The notes under the pieces: model-generated
Told to the model about the DNA's origin: nothing
The model's input: only the letters and a program-made list of their open reading frames with translations
Database searches by the model: none
Assembly: GCA_951406725.2 (NCBI GenBank)
Contig: OX597815.1
Coordinates: 35,712,001-35,776,000 of the forward strand
DNA from: Octopus vulgaris
Taxonomy: Eukaryota
Direction of reading: 5' to 3'
Length of the DNA: 64,000 nucleotides
Position numbers and translations under genes: made by a program
Part shown: positions 1-13,689 of the stretch, one piece after another
Layout of the letters: each line of letters starts with the position of its first letter
Position numbering within the stretch: the stretch's first letter is position 1

Positions 1-809
1 CGGAAAATGTCATCTGAAAACTTGACCCAATAAATCCTGTATTCGCAACTATCTAAAGAAAACGACTTTTCCCAAGCTATAAGATCCCACAAAGTGAAAT
101 CTAAAAATACGGGATTTAAACTACGAACGTTCATCGCTAACTAAGGAATATCAGAACGATGGAGGTCAAATAGTTATAAAATGTATAGTCGTTAGCGATC
201 GACAGCGTCGTGTGTGTGATGGACTCTCCCGTCGAAAACAACGAATGAATGCTCAGCTTTTGCCGAAGGATCTACACAAATGATTTCTTTATAGTGATCA
301 AATGTTCTTGCCGCACATTAGCTCATTCTCTCCATCAAATCGACGTTGTCTGAACAGGTACACTGTGGACCACGTAGGTTTCAGCCCTAATATTAAACAT
401 ATTAAACTCCTGCCTTCGCTTGTACACTCAGGTTGTCCGAATCCGAAGGTTGACTTTGACGTAATACAAAGGGCACAGCAAAGATAAGAAGAAAGAACAT
501 GGGCGCAACTTGGTACTCCATTATTTCTCTTGTTGCATGTTTCAGTATTCGGCAACACATAACTTCACACTATGGATACAACCAACAGATACAGCTTATA
601 CGCTCAGCATGGAGCAAACACATCGTCAGACACTTGAAACAATTGGAATAAAGGAATACCAAGTTATGACCTTGGTCTTTTCTCTTTGGTAGTGCTAATA
701 AGTTCAGGTAGAGCTATTAGGTTAGACATGACCTTGGCCAATCTTCGGCCGAAACACATATACATATATATACATAGTGAAAATTTACAAAAGACAAAAA
801 ACGAAGACG

Positions 810-867
<58 letters not shown>

Positions 868-1507
868 TATACATAGTGAAAAATTACAAAAAACAAAACA
901 CGAAGACGGGTATATATATATATATATCATTTAACTACGGTAGTAGTTGAATAATATCCTTAAGGCCGCAATTAACTCACACGCAGCATTTTTCAGAGTT
1001 TGTTGCTAATTCTATGCTCAACCAAATTGAAAACTGTTAACATTTTTGAAGACAACTGGTCCCTAGCTACAAGTCTGCCCTCTCCACGATACCGATGTTC
1101 ATCGAAGGAAGACAGCGCCATCTGGAGTCGAGATTGTTTCGCATTTGTGTTGTCACAGACATTACTATCAGAACCCGAAGAGTCGCCACAGGTACTGTAG
1201 GGCATCTTGCCCGATCCTCTTGAATTGCTGCTTTATTATTGACCCCGAAAGGACGAACGGTAAAGTTGACCTCAGTGGGGTTTGAGTGAACTCATAGAGC
1301 AGAAAGGCAGAATGAAAACCACGTGACATATCATCCAACGCGCTAACGACTCAGCTACTAAGCAAACAATTGACAGAGTCGTTAGCTACTTCCGTCTAAA
1401 TTCCCAACACGAAAGTTGTTTAAAATTACCTTGAGAAATTGTTTGCGCGTCACACAATTACAATTCCTGTCTTTATTATCCACGAAGTTGTTGCTGAGAA
1501 ATCAGTC

Positions 1508-1587
<80 letters not shown>
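1508..1587. repeat. (TAG)n microsatellite
   Basis: Pure gtagtagta... run; source of the poly-L ORF 1476..1850. Confidence 0.97.
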
Positions 1588-1588
<1 letters not shown>

Positions 1589-1740
1589 ATTGTTCTTTAA
1601 GCCGACGTTTATCTAGGTTAAGCAATCCTATGATCGAAGACACTCTCACCATATTTAGGATATCTCGGACATCACCAATTGAACCGCCTTTGTTCAAGGT
1701 GATGGGTACATGTATAAATACATACGTACATACATACATG

Positions 1741-2595
1741 CAAGGTCTGACCAACAAGTATCCGGACTGTTGCTGTAGTAACGACGCTAAAGCACGGAGT
1801 GTGAAACGGCTTGGCATAGATTGACCTTGAACTCTGCTGTACATGAGCATTAAGTTTTAACGCCCTAGCTCACTTCTGCTGTTTGCAGCAATGCTTGGAA
1901 GGAACGTGTGTAACGTGTGATCATCGCATTGACCATGACAGAGAAAGCTGAGCAGAGAATCTGCATCAAATTTTACCAAAAGCTTGGCGATACCGGCTCA
2001 GAGGACTAGGCAAAATTTTCAAAAAGTTTTCATTGTTCTCAACACAATCAAGGAGATCTTGTGCAACTGAAACCCGAGTGTCTTTTTGGGCAGCTGAAAG
2101 CAGTTTTGGCACAAATATCACAGACATGCGTCTCATACCCAAATCTTCAGTGATAATGGACTGGACCGAACCGTAACTAATCTGCATATCTTCTGATAAC
2201 ACACGGATGGTGATTCGACGATTTCCCTTCACAGCTGCATGCACATCTGCGATATTTTTGTCTGTTCTGCTGGTTGCGGGTCTTCCAGAACGTTCATCAA
2301 TATCGACATTTTTTTCGGCCATCTTCAAAACGTCTGAATCACTCGTACATTTGTGTACGGTTCATACACTTCCCTCCATACACTTTCTGCAAGTTTGAGC
2401 AGGCCTCTGAGCAGGTATTGCCATGAAAGCTCTCTCTGTCATAGTCAATGCGACGATCACACGCTACACACCTTCCTTCCAAGTATTGAACATGCACAGC
2501 AGAGTTCAAGGTTAATCTGTGCCAAGTGATTTCAATCTGCGTACTTTAGCTTCGTTACTATGGCAACAGTCTGGATACTTATTGATCAGGTCTCA
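1741..2595 (-). mobile_element. Non-autonomous fold-back mariner derivative, copy 1
   Basis: Ends caaggtctgaccaacaagtatccggactgttgc / gcaacagtctggatacttattgatcaggtctca-TA. Minus strand encodes a mariner N-terminal DNA-binding region (DERSGRP..., RRITIR...ISYGSVQSIITEDLGMRR...FVPKLLS) with no catalytic domain. Confidence 0.88.
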
Positions 2596-2623
2596 TACAT
2601 ACATACATACATACGCGCGCACA

Positions 2624-2669
<46 letters not shown>

Positions 2670-2670
<1 letters not shown>

Positions 2671-3040
2671 TGGCTGTCACTCGATTTCGAGCAATGCCAT
2701 CTCTTGATTGTTCTCTAAAACAGGAGTAGCATAGATGTGACTTTTCAGTTTTACTAGAGACTCTTTTGCTGAACGGCTAAGTTACGGGGCTGTAAACAAA
2801 CGAGTACCGGTTGTCAAGTGGTTACTGGGGTAAACACAAATACACACACACATACATGCATATATATATATATATATATGATGGGCTTCTTTCAGTTTCC
2901 GCCTACTAAATCCACTCACAACGCTTTGGTCGGAGCGAGACTACAGTAGAAGAAACTCCTCCTAGGTGTCACGTAGTGGGATTGAACCTGAAACCATGCG
3001 GTTGAGAAGTAAGCTTTTTTTTACCGTACACTCACGCCTC
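2670..3040 (-). mobile_element. tRNA-derived CORE-type SINE (family B), degenerate
   Basis: Matches family B blocks (gggcttctttcagtttccg...aaatccactcacaa) around an internal (CA)/(TA) tract. Confidence 0.75.
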
Positions 3041-3299
3041 TGTATGTGTGCGCGCACGTGTGTGTGTGTGTGTGTGTGCGTGAGTGTGTTTTTTTATCTT
3101 TTCGGCAAGGGAGAAGGTAGAGTCCATGGACTGTAAAAGTGCCACCGACACTGATGTAAGGGACGAAGGGAGAAAGGGATTTTGTATCTTCAAACTGAAG
3201 ATCTAGCGCCTGAATGCTTGCAACAAAGTGGACTCCATTAAGGGAACCTAAGTTGACAGACAATGGTGCTGAAACTCAGCGGCAAATTCAAGTACAAAC

Positions 3300-3604
3300 A
3301 TGAGTATGCATGTATATATATTTATGTATGCAAGCATGGATACATGTATACATGTAGGTATGAATGCGTGTATGTATTCATGTAAGCATTATGTATGCGT
3401 TTATGTATGTATGCACACATGTATGCATGTATGTATGTATGTATGTATGTATGTATGTATGTATGTATGGTATGTATGTATGTATGTATGCACACACATG
3501 TATGCATGTATGTATGTATGTGTTTATGTAGGTATGTATGCATGTATATATGTATGTGTTTATGTAAGTATGTATGCATGTATATATGTATGCACGTATG
3601 AATA

Positions 3605-3640
<36 letters not shown>

Positions 3641-3698
3641 TGTACGTACGTATGTCTGTATGTATGTATGTATGTATGTATGTATGTATGTATGTATG
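3300..3698. repeat. (TATG)n compound microsatellite
   Basis: Direct inspection. Confidence 0.95.
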
Positions 3699-4340
3699 GA
3701 GTATGGAGCTCATTATTTCTTGAATCTGTGTTAGACTCTACAGTATACGATAGACAGACATTGCCTTGACCTTAGTCTGCACAATTTTACTCCACTATTA
3801 CTATAACTGCATAACGAAACAAAAGACCAAGTTCTGCTAAACTAAAATATTATAATTATCACACCATACGTTACACTAGTTTACTTCAATATCCGTATTT
3901 CTCTTTCAAATATTTACATTTTAATTTAGTGCTATGCCTTAAACACAAAGATTACAACTGGCTGTTTTTTTCGTACAATGTAGTAGTTTCTTTATTCTTT
4001 TGTTCTTGCTCCACTCATTACTAATTGTTATGGCACACTTCTTTGAAATTTCTATTGTTTAAGTTACATGGCTTGGCTTTTATCTAGTTACCGTCGTAGA
4101 AGAAATTTGGCTGCGGAGAAAAAATAAATCATTAAACCGTTCCTTAGAGTTATTTTTCCCGGCACAAAAGCGAATAAATACATATGTTAAAAAAAAAAGG
4201 AATAAAAAACTGTTATTTATTTAGTTTGTTGTGACCTTGTATTGTTTTATTTTCCAGTTCAATCCTACATGTTTTCCATGATGTCATTTTACTTTGTGTT
4301 CTAATTTGTTACTTATTTACTTCTATATTTTTGTTCAAAG

Positions 4341-5342
4341 GAAGGCGGCGAGCTGGCAGAAACGATAGCACGCCGGGCGAGGTGCTGAGCGGTGTTTCGT
4401 CTGCCGTTACGTTCTGAGTTCAAATTCCGCTGAGGTCGACTTTGCCTTTCATCCATTCGGGGTCGATAAATTAAGTACCAGTTACGCACTAGGGTCGATG
4501 TAATTGGCCTAATCCGTTTGTCTGTCCTTGTTTGTCCCCTCTATGTTTAGCCCCTTGTAGGCAATAAAGAAATAAGAAACGTTAGCACGCCGGGTAAAAT
4601 GCTTAGCAGTATTTCGTCTGCCGCTACGTTCTGAGTTTAAATTCCGCCGAGGTCGGCTTTGCCTTTCATCCTTTCGGGGTCGATAAATTAAGTATCAGTT
4701 ACGCACTGGGGTCGATGTAATCGACTTAATCCCTTTGTCTCTCCTTGTTTGTCCCTCTGTGTTTAGCCCCTTCTGGGTAGTAAAGAAATAGGTATTTCGT
4801 CTGTCGTAACGTTTTGAGTTCAAATTCTGCCAAGGTCGACTTTGCCTTTCATCCTCTCGGAGTCGATTAAATAAGTACCAGTTACGCACTGGGGTCGATA
4901 TAATCGACTTAATCCCTTTGTCTCTCCTTGTTTGTCCCCTCTGTGTTTAGCCCCTTCTGGGTAGTAAAGAAATAGGTATTTCGTTTGTCGTTACGTTCTG
5001 AGTTCAAATTCCGCCGAGGTCGACTTTGCCTTTCATCCTCTCGGGGTCGATTAAATAAGTACCAGTTACGCACTGGGGTCGGTATAATCGACTTAATCTG
5101 TTTGTCTCTCCTTGTTTGTCCCCTCTGTGTTTAGCCCCTTGTGGGTAGTAAAGAAATAGGTATTTCGTCTGTCGTTACGCTCTGAGTTCAAATTCTGCCG
5201 AGGTCGACTTTGTCTTTCATCCTTTCGGGGTAGATAAATAAAGTACCAGTTTCGCAATTGGGTCGTTGTAATCGACTTAATCCTTTTGTATGTCCTTGTT
5301 TGTCCCCTCTATGTTTAGCCCCTTGTGAATAATAAAGAAATA
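4341..5342 (+). mobile_element. Tandem array of five SINE family A units inside one 16-bp TSD
   Basis: Head ggcggcgagctggcagaa, B-box gagttcaaattcc, core gtcgactttgcctttcatcctttcggggtcgataaattaagtacc, tail tttgtcccctctgtgtttagccccttgtgggtagtaaagaaata. TSD tatatttttgttcaaa at 4324-4339 and 5343-5358. Confidence 0.92.
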
Positions 5343-5574
5343 TATATTTTTGTTCAAATTTTAATTTATTTTATTTTTTTCTTGGATTTAATGATTGTAT
5401 ATGACCCTAGGTTAGTTCGGATCGAACGGATTTATGATCAAAAATATTCCAACTGCAAGAGCACCGACACTTTTTTCTCAGATATTGTTTATCCTTGGCT
5501 TACCTTATTTAATGTATCCTTCCTCGCATGGCTTTTAAGATAATAGGCAAGATCGGCGCGGGCAGGATGTTATC

Positions 5575-5808
5575 TATTTCTTTACTACCCACAAGGGGCT
5601 AAACACAGAGGGGACAAACACATACAGACAAACGGATTAAGTCGATTACATCGACCCCAGTGCGTAACTGGTACTTAATTTATCGACCCCGAAAGGATGA
5701 AAGGCAAAGTCGACCTCGGCGGAATTTGAACTCAGAACGTAGCGGCAGATGAAATACGATTACGCATTTCGCCCGGCGTGCCAACGTTTCCGCCAGCTCG
5801 CCGCCTTC
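5575..5808 (-). mobile_element. SINE family A, full-length monomer
   Basis: Reverse complement of the unit in the 4341-5342 array. Confidence 0.92.
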
Positions 5809-6179
5809 CGGGAGGATTTTATCTCCAGCAAGTCGAACGACAACGTTGAGGTTCCTTCGAGGGCTCTGCTTTTTTTTTTGTTGATGTTCTTTTCATTAAT
5901 TTTGTTTTACAGTTATTTTACGACAGACGAGCCTAATATTCTTAGTCATGATCATTCTGTCTAGAGACAAATTCATATATTCTATTAAAATATATTTCAA
6001 TAGAATACATGTCACGAGGACTTTTTTCAGCTATTATTTTTTCCACTATAACTATTCCACTATGTAAAAAGTCCGACTCGGTGCAGTCACCAAAGTGGAA
6101 ACACTAAAACTAATGTTTTTAAAGTTAATAATTGACAAAATAACACATCATAGCTTTTTAATATTGTTTTAAATATGCT

Positions 6180-6365
6180 ATGCCGGGCAAAATGCTTGGC
6201 GACATTTCCTCCGCCTTTACAATCTAAGTTCAAATTCCGCCAAGGTCGACTTTGCCTTTCTTCCTTTCCGGGTCGATAAAATAAGTACTAGTCGAGCACT
6301 GGGTGAATCTAATTGATTTAACTCCTCCTCCGAAATTTCTGGTCCTGCGCAAAAATTTGAAATTA
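6180..6365 (+). mobile_element. SINE family A with alternative tail, degenerate
   Basis: Same B-box and core, then ...cctccgaaatttctggtcctgcgcaaaaatttgaaa. Confidence 0.7.
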
Positions 6366-7154
6366 ATATTTTAAAATATGCCGTTGTTTTTTTTTTTAAT
6401 AAAATTTTCATTAAATATCTAGTATATTTATACAATGATACAATTTTTCCGCTGTTACGAACAATAGCCGTAGATACACCCCTGAGCACACCCTGAGCAA
6501 GATACACCCCTCACTCCAAAACCTTTCAATATATTGAACTTAGTGTTTGTATCACAAATCATTAGCATACGAAGGAAGTAAAGTGGAAGAATTGTGTTTT
6601 TGTGAATAACAAAAGCTTGCCGAGAGTAATACGTAGACCACACATCCTGTTTGAATGATTTATTATTTTTTATAGTATTTAGCATGCTCAAATAGGAAAT
6701 AAGAGAGATATATAATGGTTTCGAATTTAGACACATGACCGAGAAGTTTAAGAGGAGAAATTAATCAATTCCATCAACTCCATTACATGACCGATACTTT
6801 ATTTTAATGACTTCTTAAAGTTGATAGGCAAGGTTGACCTCGACGAATCTGGACTCAGAACATGAAACTGGTGTGTACCGAAAAGTATATAATGAATGGA
6901 AACACAATAGGTTGTGATACAAGGGTGGAAACACGTGTCAGTATAGGAGAGACGTCTGGAAATTCTCCAAATTTTCTTGGCTATGACACTCCAATGATCC
7001 GGTTAGTGCGCACGCACACACCCGCCCACCCAAACACGCATACACAAAATTTAACATTAAAGATAAAGATGAATTCCGCGTACGTCGCTGCTCAGTGGAG
7101 CCAAATCAATCTATAAGTTATCCCCAAAATAAGAGAAGCCGTTCATTCTTTTTA

Positions 7155-7189
<35 letters not shown>

Positions 7190-7191
<2 letters not shown>

Positions 7192-7553
7192 TAGTATATT
7201 TTTTATATCGTGCTTTCACTTCACTACCGAGCGCAGCTCTGTGTGCCTTAGGTATGTGCTGTGATTTGTTGTGATGCTCTAATGGTTATTGTATGGAAAG
7301 TGTTCTGCGTAGGATGTGTGCAGTGCCTAGTAGTGCAATTTTCTGTATGTTATATGTGTTTGTAAGTCCTGGTGTTTTTGTTATGTATTTGTCTGAATAT
7401 TTTTTTATCATGCCTAATGCACCTACTATGATAGGAATTGTTTCTGTTTTTAGATTCCACATTCTGGTTACTTCTATTTCCAGGTCTTTGTATTTTGAGA
7501 GTTTCTCCATTTCTTTTAGAGACACGTTGTCATCTGCCGGTATTGATACATCA
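7190..7553 (-). mobile_element. R4/Dong-like non-LTR retrotransposon 3' end (RLE C-terminus), fragment 1
   Basis: DVSIPADDNVSLKEMEKLSKYKDLEIEVTRMW...IPIIVGALG...IQKIALLGTAHILRR, flanked by (ATT)n on both sides. Confidence 0.88.
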
Positions 7554-7597
<44 letters not shown>

Positions 7598-7609
7598 CAT
7601 TATTATTAT

Positions 7610-7839
7610 TTCTTTTTGTCACAGGTTTTGTTGGAACTCCTGCAGTCTTGTATGCGTAGCGGGTTTGCTACTAGCAGCATACAGTACCATGCTATCCGTT
7701 CTTTTCAGCTATCTAATACTTTCTTGATTATTCTGATCGTGCCAAGGAGACAAACCTTTTATATCAGTTCTACAGGACACTCTATTCCAATTTCCTTGAT
7801 ATCCCTCTTGATTCTTTCTGATACTGTTCCCAAGGACCC

Positions 7840-7840
<1 letters not shown>
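7610..7840 (-). mobile_element. R4/Dong-like 3' end, fragment 2 (different family)
   Basis: Minus strand reads GSLGTVSERIKRDIKEIGIECPVELI*KVCLLGTIRIIKKVLDS*, between (ATT)n tracts. Confidence 0.75.
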
Positions 7841-7914
<74 letters not shown>

Positions 7915-7916
<2 letters not shown>

Positions 7917-8900
7917 GACGTCGCACAGTATACAATATCGTGAGGTTGTTGATTGGAGATTTCTGTCTACTGGGGGTTTTACTGTTTGTCAAGTCATAAC
8001 AAGGACCTCAGACAGACAGTACTTTACGCAATATGCGTGCAGTTCCAAGTAATGCTGACTTTTGCAATGCATCAAGATTGTAGGGTATTTCTAAGGGTTT
8101 CAGATATCTTTTCAGGCTGGGTGGTATTGAACCCAATGCTCCAATGACAATAGGGATAGACTTTATGTTTGACTCTCGTAGCTGCCACATCTTAGCGATC
8201 TCAATTCTCAGGTCTCCATATTTATCACCTTTTCTCTTTCTTTCAGGATGATATGTTGATCCCCTGGCACTGCCACGTTCATTATTAGGCACTCTTGTTT
8301 GTCTCTCCTAAAGGTTAATATATCCGATCCTCGGTGCTCTAACACCTTGTCTGTCTGGAAATCAAAGTCCCAGAGGATTTTTGCCTTCCCCTTTTCGTCC
8401 ATTACCTTTTTTGGTGTATGTTGGTACCAAGCACCCGTAACCTCATATCCATACTTACGGCATAGTAGCCAGTGGAGGTTTGGGGCTACCTTGTTGTGTC
8501 TATGCTTGTACTCTTTCTGCGTAAGACTTTCACAAGCACTAACAATGTGAGTCACGCTTTTGAACCGCTTCCCACATATTTTGCCGAGGATCGATGCACT
8601 CGTATGGTATATATTCTTTTTCACTGAGTTGGTATTCAATGCATGGTCCTGGACAGCGATGATTAAGCTTTCAGTATTCTTTTTTAGGTCACCCTTGTTG
8701 AGCCACTTCCATGATGCTTCCTGGTCTTTTAATTTGTTGGTTTCACGGTGGAACTGACCATGTAATTCCATACGGAGTAGAGTTTCTTCTTTCTCATTGG
8801 CTGTCCTTGATCGGAATTCATGAGCGCTTCCAAGTTCATTTTTGTTTACTCCTTCTGCACCAGCAGCATATTATATCCAGGCCATGCATAAGTTTTTTGG
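7915..8900 (-). mobile_element. R4/Dong-like 3' fragment 3 (CCHC plus restriction-like endonuclease), frameshifted
   Basis: LHGQF...SWKWL..GDLK..TESLIIAVQDHALNT; degenerate CCHC (KICGKRFKSVTHIVSAC); KILWDF..QTD; degenerate PD..D; KYGDLRIEIAKMW...IPIVIGALG...LQKSALLGTARILRKVL. Confidence 0.9.
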
Positions 8901-8929
8901 TACCGTTTACAGTTCTTCATTATAACCTT

Positions 8930-9058
8930 GATGAAATAACCGAAATACAACTACTTCAACAAAAAATAACTTCCAAAATACAGAATTTTATCAACAACGC
9001 TTAGAGTAAAAGATGTTTTGTGACACATTCTACTAGTATACGAAGTTTGAAAGTGTTT
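8930..9058. mobile_element. Fragment of one arm of the GGATC long-TIR family
   Basis: gacacattctactagtatacgaagtttgaaagtgttt matches arms near 20000, 43500 and 54410. Confidence 0.65.
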
Positions 9059-9098
9059 ATATATATATATATACATACATATATAAACGCACATGACC

Positions 9099-9171
<73 letters not shown>

Positions 9172-10011
9172 CGTGTGCACAAGCATGTGGCTGTGCAATA
9201 AGAAGTTTGCTCCTCAACCACATGGCTCCAGGTACCGTCCCACGGCGTGACACCTCGATCAGATGTCTTCTACTGTTGCAACGGTTAAACCAAAGCGCTG
9301 TGGGCGGATTTGGTAGGCGGAAATTGAAGGAAACCCATCATACAAATATATATATTTATATATATATCCCGAGGAAGGTCTTAGGGTTTCCGCAGCCACC
9401 TACCCTTCGTGCCCAAGTCAATATAGACTTGTACAGCTTACGGAAAAGAGCTGTCTCCATAAAAGCGTCACCAGGGTGGACCGTCTCTCCCCGCCTGCCT
9501 TCGCTACTGATGCATGCACGCGCACATACATACAAACATATATACATACTTGCATACATACATACATACATACATACATACATACATACCTGTAAAGGCA
9601 GATATACACACATATATACACACACATACATACATACGTGCATACATACAGACAAACCTTCGTATACACACACACACACATACACATATATATAGGCAAA
9701 AATATACACACATACACGCATACATACATGCATATATACACACATACACACATACATACTTACATACATACATACACATACATACACAAATACATACAAA
9801 CAGCCATACGTATATGCATGTATACATACACACATACATACATACATAATTCATACATACATACATACATACATACATACATACATACATACATACATAC
9901 ATACATACATACATACATGCATACATATCCAATCCATCACTGGAACTGTATTTGTGTTTGTACGTATGCAATTATGCATGTATATGTGTTTGTGTGTATG
10001 TATATTTTTTT

Positions 10012-10270
10012 AATTCTATTATTTGTTTCAGTCATTTGACTGTGGCCATGCTGGAGCACTGCCTTTAGTCAAGCAAAACGACCCCCCAGGATTTATTCTT
10101 TGTAAGCCTAGTACTTATTCTATTGGTTTCTCTTGCCGAAACGCTAAGTGACGGGGACGTAAACACACCAGCATCGATTGTCAGGCGATGTTGAGGGGGG
10201 TGCAAACACAGACACACAAACATATGCATACACACACACACACGCACACACATACACACACACAAATACA

Positions 10271-10328
<58 letters not shown>

Positions 10329-10489
10329 CGACGAGCTTCTTTCAGTTTCCGTCTACCAAATCCACTCACAAGGCTTTGGTCGGTACAAGGCTATAGTAGA
10401 AGACACTTGCCCAAGGTGCTACGCAGTGGGACTGAACCCGGAACCATATGGTTGGTAAGGTAGCTACTTACCACACAGCCACGTGCCTA
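10012..10489 (-). mobile_element. SINE family B (CORE-type), full length
   Basis: tRNA-like head, CORE-like accttgggcaagtgtctt, internal microsatellite, tail ...gctccagcatggccacagtcaaatgactgaaacaa (all on minus strand). Confidence 0.9.
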
Positions 10490-10512
10490 TATATATAGAG
10501 AGATAGATAGAT

Positions 10513-10599
<87 letters not shown>

Positions 10600-10748
10600 C
10601 ACACACATATATATGTACATGTATATGTATATATATATATATATAAATTAAAAATACACACACACTCATGTATGCATGTATGTATGTATGTATGTATGTA
10701 TGTATGTATGTATGTATGTATGTGTGTATGTATGTATGTATGTATGTA

Positions 10749-11133
10749 TGTAAAACTTTCCAGAAGTTTATCATTTACGTATATGAGCATGTCTAGACAT
10801 ACAGCTATATGCATGAGAATACATATATAAAGCAAAATATACAAATCTGCTCACACACACACACACATACATACATACATACATACATACATACATACAT
10901 ACATACATACATACATACATACAATCATACATACATACAATCATACATACATACATACATACATACATACATACATACATACATACATACATACATACAT
11001 ACATACATACATACATACATACATACCCTGTTGTTGATATCGAAATGTCAATGAAAGAGCCTTGAATCTAGGTTAGAAGTCGGCTCCTTTTCTATTCGCA
11101 AGAAATCTTGAAATATAACTGAATAATGACATA
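10749..11133 (+). mobile_element. 3' end/UTR of a (TACA)n-associated RLE retrotransposon
   Basis: 10749-10850 matches 33601-33705 (KTFQKFII end plus UTR). Assigning 11025-11133 to the same element is inference. Confidence 0.65.
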
Positions 11134-11711
11134 CGTAACATAACATAACACGAACAATTTTATTGATTTCGGACGACAGCTCTCTAACAATCAGGCAAAA
11201 GTTCAGAGTATACAGTGCGTGAATCTTACGTCATCAATTATTCGACAAATAACAAAAATCTTTTCTAAGCAGATGAACAAACATCCGTGAGAAGTTTTTA
11301 AACCGCAAATACTTAATACACAGTAGTAGATAAAAAGGTGCAGTAATTTTTCTGTGAAAATTACGACATAATTATTTTCACTGCTTTTATATTGTAGAAG
11401 TGGGAAAATCTTAACATGAAGGCTAGAATTTCCACGCGCACTCGAATGTATGTATGTATGTATGTATGTATGTATGTATGTATGTATGTATGTATGTATG
11501 TATGTATGTATGTATGTATGTATGTATGTATGTATGTATGTATGTATGTATGTATAAATGTATGTATGTATGTATGTATGTATGTATGTATGTATGTATG
11601 TATGTATGTATGTGTGTGTATGTATGTGTGTATATATATGTTTTTATGTATTAATGTATATGTTTGTACGCACGTATATATCTGTCAGTATATATCTATG
11701 TCTGTCATATA

Positions 11712-11769
<58 letters not shown>

Positions 11770-11773
<4 letters not shown>

Positions 11774-11958
11774 ATCCAAACATGAAAACACAAAGGGAAA
11801 ACACAACAACGCGAGGACGTGGAACAAATATAGTGTTATGGGACGCGTAGGAAAGGAAAGAAAGAAAGAGGATTTAACGTTTCGAGCGGATCTCTTCGTC
11901 AGAAACGCAGAAAAAGGAAAAGTCCAGGGGAAATCGCCAACGATACACACGCGGTCAC
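11770..11958 (-). mobile_element. ~190-bp non-autonomous Penelope-type element in (TA)n
   Basis: Homologous to 12983-13170 and 23840-24040; flanked by (TA)n; contains a hammerhead motif. Confidence 0.75.
11872..11906 (-). ncRNA. Minimal type-I hammerhead ribozyme motif
   Basis: Minus strand GTTT-CTGACGA-A-GAG-ATCCG-CTC-GAA-ACGT-T-AAAT: CUGANGA and GAAA core, stems I and II, palindromic ACGT in place of stem III. Confidence 0.7.
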
Positions 11959-12017
11959 ACATATATATATATATATATAAATATATAAATGTATATATAT
12001 ATATATATATGAATATA

Positions 12018-12099
<82 letters not shown>

Positions 12100-12263
12100 C
12101 ATGTATTTGTGTTTATATGTACGTATGCATTTATGTATGTATCTATGTGTTTGTGTGTGTCTATGTATATATACACACACACACATATACATATATACAT
12201 ATTAAATACACAGACACAGGCACACACACATATTTGGAGATTCTACGATCGACGCGTGTCGTA

Positions 12264-12310
<47 letters not shown>

Positions 12311-12327
12311 TATGTATGTATGTATAC

Positions 12328-12380
<53 letters not shown>

Positions 12381-12381
12381 T

Positions 12382-12496
<115 letters not shown>

Positions 12497-12946
12497 TAGG
12501 GTGGGCGAAAAGTCACGCACTAAAACATTTGATATTTAATTTCTATTGCGTTATTGTTAGTGACACTTTCTCTGTCCTCACGTTGAGTTCAAATCCCGCC
12601 TTGACCGACTTTGCCTTTCATCCTCTCAGGGCAAATAAAATAAGTATATATGTATGTATACTTTATTAAAATGCATGTATGTACGTATGAATATATGTAT
12701 GTATGTATGTATGACTGTATGTATGTATGTATGCATGCATGCATGTATGTATGTATGTATGTATGTATGTACGTATGTATGTATGTATGTATGTATGTAT
12801 GTATGTATGTATGTATGTATGTATGTATGTATGTATGTATGTATGTATGTATGTATGTATGTGTATATATATATGTTTTTATGTATATGTGTATATGTTT
12901 GTACGCACGTATATATCTGTCAGTATATGTCTATGTCCGTCATATA

Positions 12947-12986
<40 letters not shown>

Positions 12987-13084
12987 ATCCAAACATGAAA
13001 ACACAAAGGGAAAACACAACAACGCGAGGACGTGGAACAAATATAGTGTTATGGGACGCACAGGAAAGGAAAGAATGAAGGAGG

Positions 13085-13119
13085 ATTTAACGTTTCGAGC
13101 GGAGCTCTTCGTCAGAAAC
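13085..13119 (-). ncRNA. Minimal type-I hammerhead ribozyme motif (duplicate, in element 12983-13170)
   Basis: Minus strand GTTT-CTGACGA-A-GAGC-TCC-GCTC-GAA-ACGT-T-AAAT. Confidence 0.72.
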
Positions 13120-13168
13120 ATAGAAAAAGGAAAAGTCCAGGGGAAATCGCCAACGATACACACGCGGT

Positions 13169-13310
<142 letters not shown>

Positions 13311-13472
13311 CATTGATTTGTGTTTATATGTACGTATGCATTTATGTATGTATTTATGTGTTTGTGTGTCTATGTATATATACACACACACACACATACA
13401 TATATACATATTAAATACACAGACACAGGCACACACACATATTTGGAGATTCTACGATCGACGCGTGTTGTA

Positions 13473-13545
<73 letters not shown>

Positions 13546-13602
13546 TATGTATGTATACATATATATATATATATAAATATATATATAAAAAAAAATATAT
13601 AT

Positions 13603-13689
<87 letters not shown>

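Noticed and set aside
298-700. Short ORFs as host exons or an RNA-guided nuclease (Fanzor/TnpB) remnant
   Set aside because: No recognisable motif, no RuvC or zinc-finger pattern, no convincing splice structure
4341-5342. Regular repeat array as a CRISPR-like locus
   Set aside because: Units are ~185-bp contiguous SINE copies with no unique spacers and no cas genes; eukaryotic context
9370-9510. GC-rich 140-bp island among microsatellites
   Set aside because: Too short to assign; no second copy or structure found by eye
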